Source: Seison nebaliae (taxonomy: Eukaryota). Taken from it: 40,664 nt of DNA. A program made the translations under genes and the position numbers. Every line of letters starts with the position of its first letter. Positions within the stretch are counted from its first letter, which is position 1. The stretch lies in NCBI GenBank assembly GCA_023231475.1, contig JALJEE010001049.1, positions 1 to 40,664 of the forward strand, read 5' to 3'. Positions 36,830 through 40,664 of the stretch are shown here, piece after piece. The notes under the pieces were generated by a model. It worked only from the letters and a program-made list of their open reading frames with translations, ran no database searches and was not told the DNA's origin.

Positions 36830-37458
36830 TCTTAAGCTTTCTTGAAAACGAATGGTGTACACAAAATAAAGTACAAAAAACAATTCATTTGTACCTTACT
36901 TTTCAAAAAAGAAAAAATTTAAAACATATTTTTTGTTTGGTTTTTTAAATTTAAACTGTGTGTGCTAATCTTTATTTGTAATAATAAAATATATAACATG
37001 ACATTTTTTATTCGAAGAATATTGGGTGACGATTATCATCATTTTAACGAAATTTCAGTTTTTAGCATTTATAAAAAACGAAGGAAAATTTAATCAGGGT
37101 ATTATTTATACAATCCCAATTTTGAGTAATTAAAAAATAGAAACTAAATTCGCAAAAAAATTGGTGAGACCGGAAAAATTATTATTGTGAATGAGCCGAC
37201 GACCAAGTGGAATGTGAGAGATGAGAGCATCCGGTACATACTCATCTACTTTGAAACGAATAAACATATTTCTGGCATCAGCTAAGGATGAAGGATATGT
37301 AATTTGATAAGAACAAAAATAACGGAGTGGAGAACTAAATTGTTCACATTGCAGAAATTTCGGAAACGGAACATGATTTTTGACCCATTTCGGACGCATG
37401 AATGTAATTGAATCTTCACTCTCCACTTCGATATCAATGAAACAGAAATTACTTAATT

Positions 37459-37735
37459 CTACAAACGTTTCATTATTCCTAATGACCATCGGAGACCATT
37501 TCTGACGAGGATCATCAATCCGGCAGAACACCTTTCTTTACCAATTAGACTGTTGGGAGGAATAGCCGGAACAATGTGAAGAGAATGTGTTTTAAGTTCA
37601 TTCAGTATAATAGGAGGAGAGATGAGCCATGTTTCCTGCACTAAAACCACATCGAACTTGCACAGATTATCGATAAACGGAATAAGTCCACTTGGACCGT
37701 GAGTATTAAAACTAATTATGGAAATTGATTTATAA
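37459..37735 (-). mobile_element. Non-LTR retrotransposon (LINE) APE endonuclease fragment
   Basis: SISIISFNTHG...KFDVVLVQETWL...RCSAGLMILVR corresponds to APE motifs I-III, followed by stops. Confidence 0.85.
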
Positions 37736-37801
37736 TAATCATCTTTATATTGTGACTTCCGATAATCTTCGCGAGATTTGCGCTAACCAGGATTAGGCGA
37801 T

Positions 37802-38074
37802 CTATGATCTAATTGCTCTAAAGTGGAACCAATCCGTGGACACACCAGTATTGAAAGCTTGAATAACAATTTTGAGACGAATTGGCGATAGCAGATTTTC
37901 ATTGTATTGCACGAGCTTCGGACTGTTCCCGTCGATGTCGTGTGCTTTGTTCATTGCATTAGAGATATCTCGAATCGTGAACATTTCTAGACGCAATTGG
38001 GAATTATATCCTGAAACTAAACTAATGAAACTGTCGTAATTCTTATCAATTTCTCCACAATAAACCAACCACAT
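37802..38074 (-). mobile_element. LINE ORF2 pre-RT region fragment
   Basis: ISNAMNKAHDIDGNSPKLV...LLSPIRLKIVIQAFNTGVSTDW resembles the conserved KAxGxDG...L...FN...G..P..W block preceding non-LTR RT domains. Confidence 0.55.
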
Positions 38075-38386
38075 ATTCCCTTCTCTTTTTTCCTACATAT
38101 TTTCCCCAACTTTGAGAAAAGTATATGTATAAAAGAGTACTGTTTTTCCCAGATTCTGTAAATTATAAAACAATGCGTTCTGGTAATTGTGTCCTGTAAT
38201 GCATAAAACTGTGTCCGGAATAATAAGGCCTATTTTCAAATTATTAAAAGTAGATAAGATGTCTTAAAAGGTAAAAATACAACAATGAATAATTTCAAAT
38301 TGAGGGTAGTTTAATAAAATTCTAACGGTCATTTCCTATTCCCAGCAATTTGAAATTAGTTGTAAATCGTTTGAAGCATAATCACG

Positions 38387-39713
38387 ATGGTCAAGAGACG
38401 TCAATCACAAAGACAACACGTTTCCTCGAAGAAGTTAGAAGCGAAGAAGTTCAAAATAGTCGTTAAAGATTTTTTGGTGGATAAGACTATTCTTAAATCA
38501 TATCGGAACATAATAGATGATTATTTCTGTGAGGTTATTATCTAATTTTTTTGTATTTTTTTAAACTTTTTATTTCGAATTAAAAAAGAAGAAAAATGTC
38601 GGAAGGAGATCAAGTTTTCGAATTCACAAGATTCAAGGTTCTCAAAAGGGGAATGTACAGAAGAAAAATTTGGAGAGAAATTTTCAAAAAATGAATCGAA
38701 AAACATTTCTAGAAGCAGGAATAATAACGAATTCTGATAATGAAACGACAACTATACAGAAATCGGATGATAAGATTGTGAAGAAAAAGAAGTTTGATAA
38801 GAAAAAAGTCACAAATGGAGAGATCAATTCGAATGATTGTCAGAAATATTTGGATGTTTTTGAACTGCATTATACGAAGAAATCTGAAATTAATTTTTCT
38901 TATGTCCAAGTGATAGTTTATTCTGATGGTCTTATTCGAGTTCTCTTTAATTCACGGAATGAAAATGACGACACTCATTTCTTACAAATGAAAGTTATTG
39001 AGGAATTATCTGATGTTTTTCACCAAATATTCGATGAAGTTTCATCTCATCGAGAGAAAAAAGGAATGAAAGGAAAGAATGAATTTGGTGAATGTCGACT
39101 GGTTGTTCTTCAGAATAAATTTATCGAAGAATTTTCCACAGTACGAACAGAAAAAAACGATAAAACGTTTATCGGAAATTTCAAACAAGAATTCATTGGG
39201 AAAATCGATGGAAATCAGAAAAGCTTTAAATTGTTCGAAAAATTCCAGCGACTTCTTTTAGGAAGGCCAATTCCTCTCATCGTTTTAGTGAGTGGAGCTT
39301 GTTATGATTTTGGAATTAACATTTGTTCGATTGCCGATCGAGTTTTCTGTTCCGTCGATGGTGAGTTTGGGGTAAGTAACGCCGATTTCTGGGAGAAGAG
39401 TATGGGCCAAATGTTATATCGTGAGAAATGCCAAAATGAACTGTCAATTTATTGTCTTTCGAAAGAAAAGAATATGTTGCGAGGATTGATTATGAAGAAA
39501 TTATCGTTGGTGAATGAATCGTTCTCTTTTGAGAATAATAGTAAATCAATTCAGTCGGTACTGGTAAAATCATGCCAGAACTTCTCCAAAGAAAAACAGA
39601 TTGAATGGAAAGAAAAAAAATCATTTTGGTGTAAATGTGAAGATTCGATGATTAAACGCAATAGTTGTGAGAAATGCTTAAAGAAATTTATGAAGAATTG
39701 GAAATACGTTTAA
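38387..39713 (+). CDS. Divergent crotonase/enoyl-CoA-hydratase-fold protein, CDYL-like, with a basic N-terminus; exons 38387-38533 and 38589-39713
   Basis: YSDGLIRVLFNSRNEND, CRLVVLQ and PIPLIVLVSGACYDFGINICSIADRVFC parallel CDYL DGFTHILLST..EN, KLVLL and KPIIVAVNGPAIGLGASILPLCDVVW. A phase-0 55-nt intron joins the Lys/Arg-rich exon 1. Confidence 0.65.
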
Positions 39714-40054
39714 ACAAAGCCCTTAGATGAAGATTCATTCTCTTGCAATTTGTTTTTCTTGCTTTTCCATTTGAACTATTATTCAATTCTCTATTTCATC
39801 TTCACTGATCTTATTCTTCACTTTTCTTTTTTTTTCTTGTTGAAATTTTGATGATTTTCTCTGTGCATTTGATACAGTAAAGAATAAAAACCTTTTAAAA
39901 TAATGATATAAATTCATTTTAGAATTTATGAAAAATTTTTGAGTTTTTCCATGATGCTCCGTGTGCATAAGCTTATCGATAGAGAATTTATTTCACAATT
40001 TTCGAATTGACATTTTTCTCGCTACTTTTAGTGTAGAGCTATCAGAAAGATTAG

Positions 40055-40664
40055 ATTAATTCTGTCGATAGATTAGTTATTTCAGTTTTATGCGTACTAA
40101 TATCTAGTTCAAATTACAATGAGAAATTTCCTGCAACACCCAAATGTTTCTTCCCATATTATTCAATTAACGTAGCAAATTCTGTTGAGAATGAGTCTCA
40201 ATTAATTACCGATTTTAACATTAATTCATATTTTGCTGTTACTCTAACAAGAGAACATCATCCACGTGTCACTCACCAAAAAAAGCACCAAAAAGACGAA
40301 GCGGCTGCTGTTCGGAAAACGAAACCTGTTCTTCGATCAATGATGATTTCAAATGTTGCTAATCCAACTACAGTAGAAATCTTTCAAAAATATTTGGAAG
40401 ATAAAAAACTACCGTTTCATAAAGTTTGGAGAATGAAGCATAAGAAATATGATAACTCGGATTCTGTGGCCCACACCTTTATTATTCGTTTCGATATTGA
40501 TCACAAAGAAAAATTTGTCGACTATTCTGTGTGGCCTGATGGTGCGTGTGTCACGGAATTTTTCTTCTCTACAACAACGAATCGATTTCTAACAGAAAGG
40601 TGTATCGAAGGTAAGAATGGAGATAGTGATGTTGCATCCTCTGCCCATATAGTAGAGAAGAGTT
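40055..40664 (+). mobile_element. LINE (CR1/L2-like) ORF1 fragment, runs off the window end
   Basis: Stop-free frame containing MMISNVANPTTVEIFQKYL...HTFIIRF...FVDYSVWPDGACVTEFF, matching the RRM-like ORF1 signature ending WPxGxxVxxF. Confidence 0.65.

Noticed and set aside
1..40664. Alternative genetic code or stop readthrough as the cause of fragmented ORFs
   Set aside because: Breaks in conserved genes are fully explained by short GT-AG introns, and TAA and TGA act as normal terminal stops.

Overview
AT-rich (roughly 30% GC by eye), gene-dense eukaryotic nuclear DNA from a compact invertebrate genome. PRDM14, a BK-channel beta-like gene and NSD point to a metazoan; a lophotrochozoan or rotifer-like host is only a guess. 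Most introns are tiny (about 40-65 nt). Genes reconstructed by hand: an orphan ORF, TBL2, RNFT1/2-like, KCNMB-like, an LRR-TM protein, TMEM14, a RING-less TRIM-NHL-like gene, an intronless NSD/Mes-4 methyltransferase, tRNA-Ala(AGC), two divergent secreted C-type-lectin-like ORFs, ANKFY1, PRDM14 and a chromodomain-less CDYL-like crotonase. Relics of MULE, CMC/EnSpm, pogo-like and LINE elements and two MITEs are also present. Three observations stand out. (1) All 29 coding introns I could reconstruct start GTT, none with canonical GTA/GTG, which suggests a shifted 5' splice-site code. (2) A structured ~150-nt candidate ncRNA with an oligo-T terminator lies at 1531-1686. (3) The PRDM14 orthologue has no PR/SET domain but carries an eh1 Groucho-binding motif. 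All exon structures are manual inferences from reading frame and recalled homologue motifs; no searches were run.
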